Assembly (NCBI GenBank): GCA_964016885.1
Contig: CAXHJY010000738.1
Span: forward strand, 369,322-433,321
Length of the DNA stretch: 64,000 bases
Reading direction: 5' to 3'
Source: Eledone cirrhosa
Taxonomy: Eukaryota
Shown here: positions 30,661 to 46,915 of the stretch, piece by piece
Layout of the letters: every line of letters starts with the position of its first letter
Numbering within the stretch: position 1 is the stretch's first letter
The notes under the pieces: generated by a model
Databases searched by the model: none
What the model was told of the DNA's origin: nothing
What the model saw: only the letters and a program-made list of their open reading frames with translations
Program-made: the position numbers and the translations under genes

Positions 30661-32429
30661 TACAGTATGTATATTACAGTACAGTAGGTATATTACAGTA
30701 CAGTAGGTATATTACAGTACAGTAGGTATATTACAGTACAGTAGATATATTACAGTACAGTAGATATATTACAGTACAGTAGATATATTACAGGACAGTA
30801 GGTATATTACAGTACAGTAGATATATTACAGTACAGTAGGTATATTACAGAACAGTAGGTATATTACAGTACAGTAGATATATTACAGTACAGTAGATAT
30901 ATTACAGGACAGTAGGTATATTACAGTACAGTAGATATATTACAATACAGTAGATATATTACAGTACAGTAGATATATTACAGTACAGTAGGTATATTAC
31001 AGTTCAGTAGGTATATTACAATACAGTAGATATATTACAGTACAGTAGATATATTACAGTACAGTAGATATATTACAGTACAGTAGGTATATTACAGTAC
31101 AGTATATATATTACAGTACAGTATGTATATTACAGTACAGTAGGGATATTACAGTACAGTAGATATATTACAGTACAGTAGATATATTACAGTACAGTAG
31201 GTATATTACAGTTCAGTAGGTATATTACAGTACAGTAGATATATTACAGTACAGTAGATATATTACAGTACAGTAGATATATTACAGTACAGTAGGTATA
31301 TTACAGTACAGTAGGTATATTACAGTACAGTATGTATATTACAGTACAGTAGGTATATTACAGTACAGTAGATATATTACAGTACAGTAGATATATTAAA
31401 GTACAGTAGGTATATTACAGTACATTTGGTATATTACAGTACAGTAGGTATATTACAGTACAGTAGGTATATTACAGTACACTAGGTATATTACAGTACA
31501 GTAGGTATATTACAGTACAGTAGATATATTACAGTACAGTAGGTATATTACAGTACAGTAGATATATTACAGTACAGTAGGTATATTACAGTACAGTATG
31601 TATATTACAGTAGGTACATTACAGTACAGTAGGTATATTACAGTACAATAGGTATATTACAGTATGTATAATACAGTACAGTAGATATATATGAGTACAG
31701 TAGGTATATTACAGTACAGTAGGTATATTACAGTACAGTAGATATATTACAGTACAGTAGGTATATTACAGTACAGTAGATATTTTACAGTACAGTAGAT
31801 ATATTACAGTACACTAGGTATATTACAGTACAGTAGGTATATTACAGTACTGTAGGTATATTACAATACAGTAGGTATATTACAGTACAGTAGGTATATT
31901 ACAGTACAGTAGGTATATTACAGTACACTAGGTATATTACAGTACTGTAGATATATTACAGTACAGTAGGTATATTACAGTACAGTAGATATATTACAGT
32001 ACAGTAGATATATTACAGTACAGTAGGTATATTACAGTACAGTAGGTATATTACTGTACAGTAGATATATTACAGTACAGTAGATATATTACAGTACAGT
32101 AGATATATTACAGTACAGTAGATATATTACAGTACAGTATGTATATTACAGTACAGTAGATATATTACAGTACACTAGGTATATTACAGTACAGTAGGTA
32201 TATTACAGTACAGTAGGTATATTACAGTACAGTAGATATATTTCAGTACAGTAGGTATATTACAGTACAGTAGGTATATTACAGTACAGTAGATATATTA
32301 CAGTACAGTAGGTATATTATAGTACAGTAGGTATATTACAGTACAGTAGGTATATTACAGTACAGTAGGTATATTACAGTACAGTAGGTATATTACAGTA
32401 CAGTAGATATACTACAGTACAGTAGGTAT

Positions 32430-35400
32430 ATTACAGTACAGTAGGTATATTACAGTACAGTAGATATATTACAGTACAGTAGATATATTACAGGACAGTA
32501 GATATATTACAGTACAGTAGATATATTACAGTACAGTAGGTATATTACAGTACAGTAGGTATATTACAGTACAGTAGATATATTACAGTACAGTAGATAT
32601 ATTACAGTACAGTAGGTATATTACAGTACAGTAGATATATTACAATACAGTAGATATATTACAGTACAGTAGATATATTACAGTACAGTAGGTATATTAC
32701 AGTTCAGTAGATATATTACAGTACTGTAGGTTTATTACTGTACAGTAGATATATTACAGTACAGTAGGTATATTACAGTACATTAGGTACATTAGGTATA
32801 TTACAGTACAGTAGATATATTACAGTACAGTAGATATATAACAGTACAGTAGGTATATTACAGTACAGTAGGTATATTACAGTACAGTAGGTATATTACA
32901 GTACAGTAGGTATATTACAGTACAGTAGGTATAATACAGTACAGTAGGTATATTACAGTACAGTAGGTATATTACAGTACAGTAGGTATATTACAGTACA
33001 GTAGATATATTACAGTACAGTAGGTATATTACAGTACAGTAGATATATTACAGTACAGTAGGTATATTACAGTGCAGTAGGTATATTACAGAACAGTAGG
33101 TATATTAGAGTACAGTAGATATATTACAGTACAGTAGGTATATTACAGTACAGTAGGTATATTACAGTACAGTAGATATATTACAGTACAGTAGGTATAT
33201 TACAGTACAGTAGGTATATTACAGTACAGTTAGGTATATTACAGTACAGTAGGTATATTACAGTACAGTAGATATATTACAGTACAGTAGGTATATTACA
33301 GTACAGTAGGTATATTACAGTACAGTAGATATATTACAGTACAGTAGGTATATTACAGTACAGTAGATATATTACAGTACAGTAGGTATATTACAGTACA
33401 GTAGGTATATTACAGTACAGTAGATATATTACAGTACAGTAGATATATTACAGTACAGTAGGTATATTACAGTACCGTAGATATAATACATTAATGTAGA
33501 TATATTACAGTACAGTAGGTATATTACAGTAGAGTAGATATATTACAGTACAGTAGGTATATTACAGTACAGTACGTATATTACAGTACAGTAGATATAT
33601 TACAGTACAATAGATATATTACAGGACAGTAGGTATATTACAGTACAGTAGGTATATTACAATACAGTAGATATATTACAGTACAGTAGATATATTACAG
33701 TACAGTAGGTATATTACAGTTCAGTAGGTATATTACAGTACATTAGATATATTACAGTACAGTAGATATATTACAGTACAGTAGATATATTACAGTACAG
33801 TAGATATATTACAGTACAGTAGGTATATTACAGTACACTAGGTATATTACAGTACAGTATGTATATTACAGTACAGTAGGTATATTACAGTACAGTAGAT
33901 ATATTACAGTACAGTAGATATATTACAGTACAGTAGGTATATTACAGTACAGTAGGTATATTACAGTACAGTAGGTATAATACAGTACAGTAGGTATATT
34001 ACAGTACAGTGGGTATATTACAGTACAGTAGGTATATTACAGTACAGTAGGTATATTACAGTACAGTAGGTATATTACAGTACAGTAGGTATATTACAGT
34101 ACAGTAGGTATATTACAGTACAGTAGATATATTACAGTACAGTAGGTATATTACAGTACAGTAGGTATATTACAGTACAGTATGTATATTACAGTAGGTA
34201 CATTACAGTACAGTAGGTATATTACAGTACAATAGGTATATTACAGTAGGTATAATACAGTACAGTAGATATATTACAGTACAGTAGATATATTACAGTA
34301 CACTAGGTATATTACAGTACAGTAGGTATATTAGAGTACAGTAGGTATATTACAATACAGTAGGTATATTACAGTACAGTAGGTATATTACAGTACAGTA
34401 GGTATATTACAGTACACTAGGTATATTACAGTACTGTAGATATATTACAGTACAGTAGGTATATTACAGTACAGTAGATATATTACAGTACAGTAGATAT
34501 ATTACAGTACAGTAGGTATATTACAGTACAGTAGGTATATTACTGTACAGTAGATATATTACAGTACAGTAGATATATTACAGTACAGTAGATATATTAG
34601 AGTACAGTAGGTATATTACAGTACAGTAGGTATATTACAGTACAGTAGATATATTACAGTACAGTAGGTATATTACAGTACAGCAGGTATATTACAGTAC
34701 AGTAGATATATTACAGTACAGTAGGTATATTACAGTACAGTAGGTATATTACAGTACAGTAGATATATTACAGTACAGTAGATATATTACAGTACACTAG
34801 GTATATTACAGTAGAGTAGGTATATTAGAGTACAGTAGGTATATTACAATACAGTAGGTATATTACAGTACAGTAGGTATATTACAGTACAGTAGGTATA
34901 TTACAGTACACTAGGTATATTACAGTACTGTAGATATATTACAGTACAGTAGGTATATTACAGTACAGTAGATATATTACAGTACAGTAGATATATTACA
35001 GTACAGTAGGTATATTACAGTACAGTAGGTATATTACTGTACAGTAGATATATTACAGTACAGTAGATATATTACAGTACAGTAGATATATTACAGTACA
35101 GTAGATATATTACAGTACAGTATGTATATTACAGTACAGTAGATATATTACAGTACAGTAGGTATATTAGAGTACAGTAGGTATATTACAGTACAGTAGG
35201 TATATTACAGTACAGTAGATATATTACAGTACAGTAGGTATATTACAGTACAGTAGGTATATTACAGTACAGTAGATATATTACAGTACATTAGGTATAT
35301 TACAGTACAGTAGGTATATTACAGTACAGTATGTATATTACAGTACAGTAGGTATATTACAGTACAGTAGGTATATTACAGTACAGTAGATATACTACAG

Positions 35401-38400
35401 TACAGTAGGTATATTACAGTACAGTAGGTATATTACAGTACAGTAGATATATTACAGTACAGTAGATATATTACAGGACAGTAGGTATATTACAGTACAG
35501 TAGATATATTACAGTACAGTAGGTATATTACAGTACTGTAGGTATATTACAGTACAGTAGATATATTACAGTACAGTAGATATATTACAGGACAGTAGGT
35601 ATATTACAGTACAGTAGATATATTACAATACAGTAGATATATTACAGTACAGTAGATATATTACAGTACAGTAGGTATATTACAGTTCAGTAAATATATT
35701 ACAGTACAGTAGATATATTACAGTACAGTAGATATATTACAGTACAGTAGATATATTACAGTACAGTAGGTATATTACAGTACAGTAGGTATATTACAGT
35801 ACAGTATGTATATTACAGTACAGTAGGTATATTACAGTACAGTAGATATATTACAGTACAGTAGATATATTACAGGACAGTAGATATATTACAGTACAGT
35901 AGATATATTACAGTACAGTAGGTATATTACAGTACAGTAGGTATATTACAGTACAGTAGATATATTACAGTACAGTAGATATATTACAGTACAGTAGGTA
36001 TATTACAGTACAGTAGATATATTACAATACAGTAGATATATTACAGTACAGTAGATATATTACAGTACAGTAGGTATATTACAGTTCAGTAGATATATTA
36101 CAGTACTGTAGGTTTATTACTGTACAGTAGATATATTACAGTACAGTAGGTATATTACAGTACATTAGGTACATTAGGTATATTACAGTACAGTAGATAT
36201 ATTACAGTACAGTAGATATATAACAGTACAGTAGGTATATTACAGTACAGTAGGTATATTACAGTACAGTAGGTATATTACAGTACAGTAGGTATATTAC
36301 AGTACAGTAGGTATAATACAGTACAGTAGGTATATTACAGTACAGTAGGTATATTACAGTACAGTAGGTATATTACAGTACAGTAGATATATTACAGTAC
36401 AGTAGGTATATTACAGTACAGTAGATATATTACAGTACAGTAGGTATATTACAGTGCAGTAGGTATATTACAGAACAGTAGGTATATTAGAGTACAGTAG
36501 ATATATTACAGTACAGTAGGTATATTACAGTACAGTAGGTATATTACAGTACAGTAGATATATTACAGTACAGTAGGTATATTACAGTACAGTAGGTATA
36601 TTACAGTACAGTTAGGTATATTACAGTACAGTAGGTATATTACAGTACAGTAGATATATTACAGTACAGTAGGTATATTACAGTACAGTAGGTATATTAC
36701 AGTACAGTAGATATATTACAGTACAGTAGGTATATTACAGTACAGTAGATATATTACAGTACAGTAGGTATATTACAGTACAGTAGGTATATTACAGTAC
36801 AGTAGATATATTACAGTACAGTAGATATATTACAGTACAGTAGGTATATTACAGTACCGTAGATATAATACATTAATGTAGATATATTACAGTACAGTAG
36901 GTATATTACAGTAGAGTAGATATATTACAGTACAGTAGGTATATTACAGTACAGTACGTATATTACAGTACAGTAGATATATTACAGTACAATAGATATA
37001 TTACAGGACAGTAGGTATATTACAGTACAGTAGGTATATTACAATACAGTAGATATATTACAGTACAGTAGATATATTACAGTACAGTAGGTATATTACA
37101 GTTCAGTAGGTATATTACAGTACATTAGATATATTACAGTACAGTAGATATATTACAGTACAGTAGATATATTACAGTACAGTAGATATATTACAGTACA
37201 GTAGGTATATTACAGTACACTAGGTATATTACAGTACAGTATGTATATTACAGTACAGTAGGTATATTACAGTACAGTAGATATATTACAGTACAGTAGA
37301 TATATTACAGTACAGTAGGTATATTACAGTACAGTAGGTATATTACAGTACAGTAGGTATAATACAGTACAGTAGGTATATTACAGTACAGTGGGTATAT
37401 TACAGTACAGTAGGTATATTACAGTACAGTAGGTATATTACAGTACAGTAGGTATATTACAGTACAGTAGGTATATTACAGTACAGTAGGTATATTACAG
37501 TACAGTAGATATATTACAGTACAGTAGGTATATTACAGTACAGTAGGTATATTACAGTACAGTATGTATATTACAGTAGGTACATTACAGTACAGTAGGT
37601 ATATTACAGTACAATAGGTATATTACAGTAGGTATAATACAGTACAGTAGATATATTACAGTACAGTAGATATATTACAGTACACTAGGTATATTACAGT
37701 ACAGTAGGTATATTAGAGTACAGTAGGTATATTACAATACAGTAGGTATATTACAGTACAGTAGGTATATTACAGTACAGTAGGTATATTACAGTACACT
37801 AGGTATATTACAGTACTGTAGATATATTACAGTACAGTAGGTATATTACAGTACAGTAGATATATTACAGTACAGTAGATATATTACAGTACAGTAGGTA
37901 TATTACAGTACAGTAGGTATATTACTGTACAGTAGATATATTACAGTACAGTAGATATATTACAGTACAGTAGATATATTAGAGTACAGTAGGTATATTA
38001 CAGTACAGTAGGTATATTACAGTACAGTAGATATATTACAGTACAGTAGGTATATTACAGTACAGCAGGTATATTACAGTACAGTAGATATATTACAGTA
38101 CAGTAGGTATATTACAGTACAGTAGGTATATTACAGTACAGTAGATATATTACAGTACAGTAGATATATTACAGTACACTAGGTATATTACAGTAGAGTA
38201 GGTATATTAGAGTACAGTAGGTATATTACAATACAGTAGGTATATTACAGTACAGTAGGTATATTACAGTACAGTAGGTATATTACAGTACACTAGGTAT
38301 ATTACAGTACTGTAGATATATTACAGTACAGTAGGTATATTACAGTACAGTAGATATATTACAGTACAGTAGATATATTACAGTACAGTAGGTATATTAC

Positions 38401-39250
38401 AGTACAGTAGGTATATTACTGTACAGTAGATATATTACAGTACAGTAGATATATTACAGTACAGTAGATATATTACAGTACAGTAGATATATTACAGTAC
38501 AGTATGTATATTACAGTACAGTAGATATATTACAGTACAGTAGGTATATTAGAGTACAGTAGGTATATTACAGTACAGTAGGTATATTACAGTACAGTAG
38601 ATATATTACAGTACAGTAGGTATATTACAGTACAGTAGGTATATTACAGTACAGTAGATATATTACAGTACATTAGGTATATTACAGTACAGTAGGTATA
38701 TTACAGTACAGTATGTATATTACAGTACAGTAGGTATATTACAGTACAGTAGGTATATTACAGTACAGTAGATATACTACAGTACAGTAGGTATATTACA
38801 GTACAGTAGGTATATTACAGTACAGTAGATATATTACAGTACAGTAGATATATTACAGGACAGTAGGTATATTACAGTACAGTAGATATATTACAGTACA
38901 GTAGGTATATTACAGTACTGTAGGTATATTACAGTACAGTAGATATATTACAGTACAGTAGATATATTACAGGACAGTAGGTATATTACAGTACAGTAGA
39001 TATATTACAATACAGTAGATATATTACAGTACAGTAGATATATTACAGTACAGTAGGTATATTACAGTTCAGTAAATATATTACAGTACAGTAGATATAT
39101 TACAGTACAGTAGATATATTACAGTACAGTAGATATATTACAGTACAGTAGGTATATTACAGTACAGTAGGTATATTACAGTACAGTATGTATATTACAG
39201 TACAGTAGGTATATTACAGTACAGTAGATATATTACAGTACAGTAGATAT
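32430..39250. repeat. Tandem duplication with 3382-bp period
   Basis: Marker pairs, all offset 3382: cattaggtacattagg 32781/36163; agtaccg 33471/36853; gtggg (ggg at 34011/37393); cagcagg 34681/38063; taaat 35691/39073. Confidence 0.93.
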
Positions 39251-40129
39251 ATTACAGTACAGTAGGTATATTACAGTACAGTAGGTATATTACAGTACAG
39301 TAGGTATAATACAGTACAGTAGGTATATTAAAGTACAGTAGGTATATTACAGTACAGTAGGTATATTACAGTACAGTAGGTATATTACAGTACAGTAGAT
39401 ATATTACAGTACAGTAGGTATATTACAGTACAGTAGATATATTACAGTACAGTAGTTATATTACAGTACAGTAGGTATATTACAGTACAGTAGGTATATT
39501 ACAGTACAGTAGGTATATTACAGTACAGTAGGTATATTACAGTACAATAGGTATATTACAGTAGGTATAATACAGTACAGTAGATGTATTACCGTACAGT
39601 AGATATATTACAGTACAGTAGGTATATTACAGTACAGTAGGTATATTACAGTACAGTAGATATATTACAGTACAGTAGGTATATTACAGTACAGTAGATA
39701 TATTACAGTACAGTAGATATATTACAGTACAGTAGGTATATTACAGTACAGTAGGTATATGACAGTACAGTAGGTATATTACAATACAGTAGGTATATTA
39801 CAGTACAGTTGGTATATTACAGTACAGTAGGTATATTACAGTACAGTAGGTATATTACAGTACTGTAGATATATTACAGTACATTAGGTATATTACAGTA
39901 CAGTACATATATTACAGTACAGTAGATATATTACAGTACAGTAGGTATATTACAGTACAGTAGGTATATTACTGTACAGTAGATATATTACAGTACAGTA
40001 GATATATCACAGTACAGTAGGTATATTACAGTACAGTAGGTATATTACAGTACAGTAGATATATTACAGTACAGTAGTTATATTACAGTACAGTAGATAT
40101 ATTACAGTACAGTAGGTATATTACAGTAC

Positions 40130-43100
40130 AGTAGATATATTACAGTACAGTAGATATATTACAGTACAGTAGGTATATTACAGTACAGTAGGTATATTAC
40201 AGTACAGTAGATATAATACATCAATGTAGATATAATACAATACAGTAGGTATATTACAGTACAGTAGGTATATTACAGTACACTAGATATATTACAGTAC
40301 AGTAGGTATATTACAGTACAGTAGATATATTACAGTACAGTAGGTATATTACAGTACAGTAGATATATTACAGTACAGTAGGTATATTACAGTACACTAT
40401 GTATATTACAGTACAGTAGATAGATTACAGTACAGTAGATATATTACAGTACAGAAGATATATTACAGTACTGTAGGTTTATTACTGTACAGTAGATATA
40501 TTACAGTACAGTAGGTATATTACAGTACATTAGGTATATTACAGTACAGTAGATATATTACAGTACAGTAGATATATAACAGTACAGTAGGTATATTACA
40601 GTACAGTAGGTATATTACAGTACAGTAGGTATATTACAGTACAGTAGGTATATTACAGTACAGTAGGTATAATACAGTACAGTAGATATTTTACAGTACA
40701 GTAGTTATAATACAGTACAGTAGGTATATTACAGTACAGTAGGTATATTACAGTACAGTAGGTATATTACAGTACAGTAGATATATTACAGTACAGTAGG
40801 TATATTACAGTACAGTAGGTATATTACAGTACAGTAGGTATATTACAGTACAGTAGGTATATTACAGTACAGTAGATATATTACAGTACACTATGTATAT
40901 TACAGTACAGTAGATATATTACAGTACAGTAGGTATATTACAGTACAGTAGGTATATTACAGTACAGTAGGTATATTACAGTACAGTAGATATATTACAG
41001 TACAGTAGGTATATTACAGTACAGTAGGTATATTACAGTACAGTAGATATATTACAGTACAGTAGGTATATTACAGTACAGTAGGTATATTACAGTACAG
41101 TAGGGATATTACAGTACAGTAGGTATATTACAGTACAGTAGATATATTACAGTACAGTAGGTTTATTACAGTACAGTAGGTATATTACACTACAGTAGAT
41201 ATATTACAGTACAGTAGGTATATTACAGTACAGTAGATATATTACAGTACAGTAGATATATTACAGTACAGTAGGTATATTACAGTACAGTAGCTATATT
41301 ACAGTACAATAGGTATATTACAGTACAGTAGGTATATTACAGTACAGTAGGTATATTACAGTACACTATGTATATTACAGTACTGTAGGTATATTACAGT
41401 ACAGTAGGTATATTACAGTACATTAGATATATTACAGTACAGTAGGTATATTACAGTACAGTAGGTATATTACAGTACAGTAGGTATATTACAGTACAGT
41501 AGATATATTACAGTACAGTAGGCATATTACAGTACAGTAGATATATTACAGTACAGTAGATATATTACAGTACAGTAGGTATATTACAGTACAGTAGATA
41601 TATTACAGTATAGTAGGTATATTACTGTACAGTAGGTATATTACAGTACAGTAGATATATTACAGTACAGTAGATATATTACAGGACAGTAGGTATATTA
41701 CAGTACAGTAGGTATATTACAATACAGTAGATATATTACAGTACAGTAGATATATTACAGTACAGTAGGTATATTACAGTTCAGTAGGTATATTACAGTA
41801 CAGTAGACATATTACAGTACAGTAGATATATTACAGTACAGTAGATATATTACACTACAGTAGATATATTACAGTACAGTAGGTATATTACAGTACAATA
41901 GGTATATTACAGTACAGTATATATATTACAGTACAGTAGGTATATTACAGTACAGTAGATATATTACAGTACAGTAGATATATTACAGTACAGTAGGTAT
42001 ATTACAGTACAGTAGGTATATTACAGTACAGTAGGTATATTACAGTACAATAGGTATATTACAGTACAGTAGATATATTACAGTACAGTAGGTATATTAC
42101 AGTACAGTAGGTATATTACAGTACAGTAGATATATTACAGTACAGAAGGTATATTACAGTACAGTAGGTATATTACAGTACAGTAGGTATATTACAGTAC
42201 AGTAGGTATATTACAGTACAGTATGTATATTACAGTACAGTAGGTATATTACAGTACAGTAGATATATTACAGTACAGTAGCTATATTACAGTACAGTAG
42301 CTATATTACAGTACAATAGGTATATTACAGTACAGTAGGTATATTACAGTACAGTAGGTATATTACAGTACAGTAGATATATTACAGTACAGTAGATGTA
42401 TTACAGTACAGTAGGTATATTACAGTACAGTAGGTATATTACAGTACAGTAGATATAATACATCAATGTAGATATAATACAATACAGTAGGTATATTACA
42501 GTACAGTAGGTATATTACAGTACACTAGATATATTACAGTACAGTAGGTATATTACAGTACAGTAGATATATTACAGTACAGTAGGTATATTACAGTACA
42601 GTAGATATATTACAGTACAGTAGGTATATTACAGTACACTATGTATATTACAGTACAGTAGATAGATTACAGTACAGTAGATATATTACAGTACAGAAGA
42701 TATATTACAGTACTGTAGGTTTATTACTGTACAGTAGATATATTACAGTACAGTAGGTATATTACAGTACATTAGGTATATTACAGTACAGTAGATATAT
42801 TACAGTACAGTAGATATATAACAGTACAGTAGGTATATTACAGTACAGTAGGTATATTACAGTACAGTAGGTATATTACAGTACAGTAGGTATATTACAG
42901 TACAGTAGGTATAATACAGTACAGTAGATATTTTACAGTACAGTAGTTATAATACAGTACAGTAGGTATATTACAGTACAGTAGGTATATTACAGTACAG
43001 TAGGTATATTACAGTACAGTAGATATATTACAGTACAGTAGGTATATTACAGTACAGTAGGTATATTACAGTACAGTAGGTATATTACAGTACAGTAGGT

Positions 43101-44610
43101 ATATTACAGTACAGTAGATATATTACATTACAGTAGATATATTACAGTACAGTATGTATATTACAGTACAGTAGATATATTACAGTACAGTAGGTATATT
43201 ACAGTACAGTAGGTATATTACAGTACAGTAGGTATATTACAGTACAGTAGATATATTACAGTACAGTAGGTATATTACAGTACAGTAGGTATATTACAGT
43301 ACAGTAGATATATTACAGTACAGTAGGTATATTACAGTACAGTAGGTATATTACAGTACAGTAGGGATATTACAGTACAGTAGGTATATTACAGTACACT
43401 AGATATATTACAGTACAGTAGGTTTATTACAGTACAGTAGGTATATTACACTACAGTAGATATATTACAGTACAGTAGGTATATTACAGTACAGTAGATA
43501 TATTACAGTACAGTAGATATATTACAGTACAGTAGGTATATTACAGTACAGTAGCTATATTACAGTACAATAGGTATATTACAGTACAGTAGGTATATTA
43601 CAGTACAGTAGGTATATTACAGTACACTATGTATATTACAGTACAGTAGGTATATTACAGTACAGTAGGTATATTACAGTACATTAGATATATTACAGTA
43701 CAGTAGGTATATTACAGTACAGTAGGTATATTACAGTACAGTAGGTATATTACAGTACAGTAGATATATTACAGTACAGTAGGCATATTACAGTACAGTA
43801 GATATATTACAGTACAGTAGATATATTACAGTACAGTAGGTATATTACAGTACAGTAGATATATTACAGTACAGTAGGTATATTACAGTACAGTAGGTAT
43901 ATTACAGTACAGTAGATATATTACAGTACAGTAGATATATTACAGGACAATAGGTATATTACAGTACAGTAGGTATATTACAATACAGTAGATATATTAC
44001 AGTACAGTAGATATATTACAGTACAGTAGGTATATTACAGTTCAGTAGGTATATTACAGTACAGTAGACATATTACAGTACAGTAGATATATTACAGTAC
44101 AGTAGATATATTACACTACAGTAGATATATTACAGTACAGTAGGTATATTACAGTACAATAGGTATATTACAGTACAGTATATATATTACAGTACAGTAG
44201 GTATATTACAGTACAGTAGATATATTACAGTACAGTAGATATATTACAGTACAGTAGGTATATTACAGTACAGTAGGTATATTACAGTACAGTAGGTATA
44301 TTACAGTACAATAGGTATATTACAGTACAGTAGATATATTACAGTACAGTAGGTATATTACAGTACAGTAGGTATATTACAGTACAGTAGATATATTACA
44401 GTACAGAAGGTATATTACAGTACAGTAGGTATATTACAGTACAGTAGGTATATTACAGTACAGTAGGTATATTACAGTACAGTATGTATATTACAGAACA
44501 GTAGGTATATTACAGTACAGTAGATATATTACAGTACAGTAGGTATATTACAGTACAGTAGCTATATTACAGTACAATAGGTATATTACAGTACAGTAGG
44601 TATATTACAG
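40130..44610. repeat. Nested 2242-bp (118-monomer) tandem duplication within block A, also present in B and C
   Basis: tcaatg 40221/42463 in A and 48709/50951 in B. The cagaagata, ggtttattactg, tataacag, gatatttt, ggcata and gacata markers repeat in the same order. Confidence 0.9.
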
Positions 44611-46915
44611 TACAGTAGGTATATTACAGTACACTATGTATATTACAGTACAGTAGGTATATTACAGTACAGTAGGTATATTACAGTACAGTAGATATAT
44701 TACAGTACAGTAGGTATATTACAGTACAGTAGGTATATTACAGTACAGTAGGTATATTACAGTACAGTAGATATATTACAGTACAGTAGGCATATTACAG
44801 TACAGTAGATATATCACAGTACAGTAGTTATATTACAGTACAGTAGGTATATTACAGTACAGTAGGTATATTACAGTACAGTAGGTATATTACAGTACAG
44901 TAGATATATTACAGTACAGTAGGTATGTTACAGTACAGTAGGTATATTACAGTACAGTAGGTATATTACAGTACAGTAGGTATATTACAGTACAGTAGAT
45001 ATATTACAGTACAGTAGGTATATTACAGTACAGTATGTATACTACAGTACAGTAGATATATTACAGTACAGTAGGTATATTGCAGTACAGTAGGTATTTT
45101 AGAGTACAGTAGGTATATTACAGTACAGTAGGTATATTACAGTACAGTAGGTATTACAGTAGGTATATTACAGTACAGTAGGTATATTACAGTACAGTAT
45201 GTATATTACAGTACACTAGATATATTACAGTACAGTAGGTATATTACAGTACAGTAGATATATTACAGTACAGTAGGTATAATACAGTACAGTAGGTATA
45301 TTACAGTACAGTAGGTATATTACAGTACAGTAGGTATATTACAGTACAGTAGATATATTACAGTACAGTAATTATATTACACTACAGTAGATATATTACA
45401 GTACAGTAGATATATTACAGTACAGTAGGTATATTACAGTACAGTAGGTATATTACAGTACATTAGGTATATTACAATACACTATGTATATTACAGTACG
45501 GTAGATAGATTACAGTACAGTAGGTATATTACAGTACAGTAGATATATTACAGTACAGTAGGTATATTACAGTACAGTAGGTATATTACAGTACAGTAGG
45601 TATATTACAGTACAGTAGGTATATTACAGTACAGTAGGTATATTACAGTACAATAGGTATATTACAGTACAGTAGATATATTACAGTACAGTAGGTATAT
45701 TACAGTACAGTAGGTATATTACAGTACAGTAGATATATTACAGTACAGAAGGTATATTACAGTACAGTAGGTATATTACAGTACAGTAGGTATATTACAG
45801 TACAGTAGGTATATTACAGTACAGTATGTATATTACAGAACAGTAGGTATATTACAGTACAGTAGATATATTACAGTACAGTAGGTATATTACAGTACAG
45901 TAGCTATATTACAGTACAATAGGTATATTACAGTACAGTAGGTATATTACAGTACAGTAGGTATATTACAGTACACTATGTATATTACAGTACAGTAGGT
46001 ATATTACAGTACAGTAGGTATATTACAGTACAGTAGATATATTACAGTACAGTAGGTATATTACAGTACAGTAGGTATATTACAGTACAGTAGGTATATT
46101 ACAGTACAGTAGATATATTACAGTACAGTAGGCATATTACAGTACAGTAGATATATCACAGTACAGTAGTTATATTACAGTACAGTAGGTATATTACAGT
46201 ACAGTAGGTATATTACAGTACAGTAGGTATATTACAGTACAGTAGATATATTACAGTACAGTAGGTATGTTACAGTACAGTAGGTATATTACAGTACAGT
46301 AGGTATATTACAGTACAGTAGGTATATTACAGTACAGTAGATATATTACAGTACAGTAGGTATATTACAGTACAGTATGTATACTACAGTACAGTAGATA
46401 TATTACAGTACAGTAGGTATATTGCAGTACAGTAGGTATTTTAGAGTACAGTAGGTATATTACAGTACAGTAGGTATATTACAGTACAGTAGGTATTACA
46501 GTAGGTATATTACAGTACAGTAGGTATATTACAGTACAGTATGTATATTACAGTACACTAGATATATTACAGTACAGTAGGTATATTACAGTACAGTAGA
46601 TATATTACAGTACAGTAGGTATAATACAGTACAGTAGGTATATTACAGTACAGTAGGTATATTACAGTACAGTAGGTATATTACAGTACAGTAGATATAT
46701 TACAGTACAGTAATTATATTACACTACAGTAGATATATTACAGTACAGTAGATATATTACAGTACAGTAGGTATATTACAGTACAGTAGGTATATTACAG
46801 TACATTAGGTATATTACAATACACTATGTATATTACAGTACGGTAGATAGATTACAGTACAGTAGGTATATTACAGTACAGTAGATATATTACAGTACAG
46901 TAGGTATATTACAGT
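44270..46915. repeat. 1342-bp tandem duplication (71x19-7) found only in block A
   Basis: 12-bp unit taggtattacag (gtattaca 45151/46493); caatagg 44309/45651; cggtagatag 45499/46841. The A-to-B offset falls from 8488 to 7146 across it. Confidence 0.9.
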
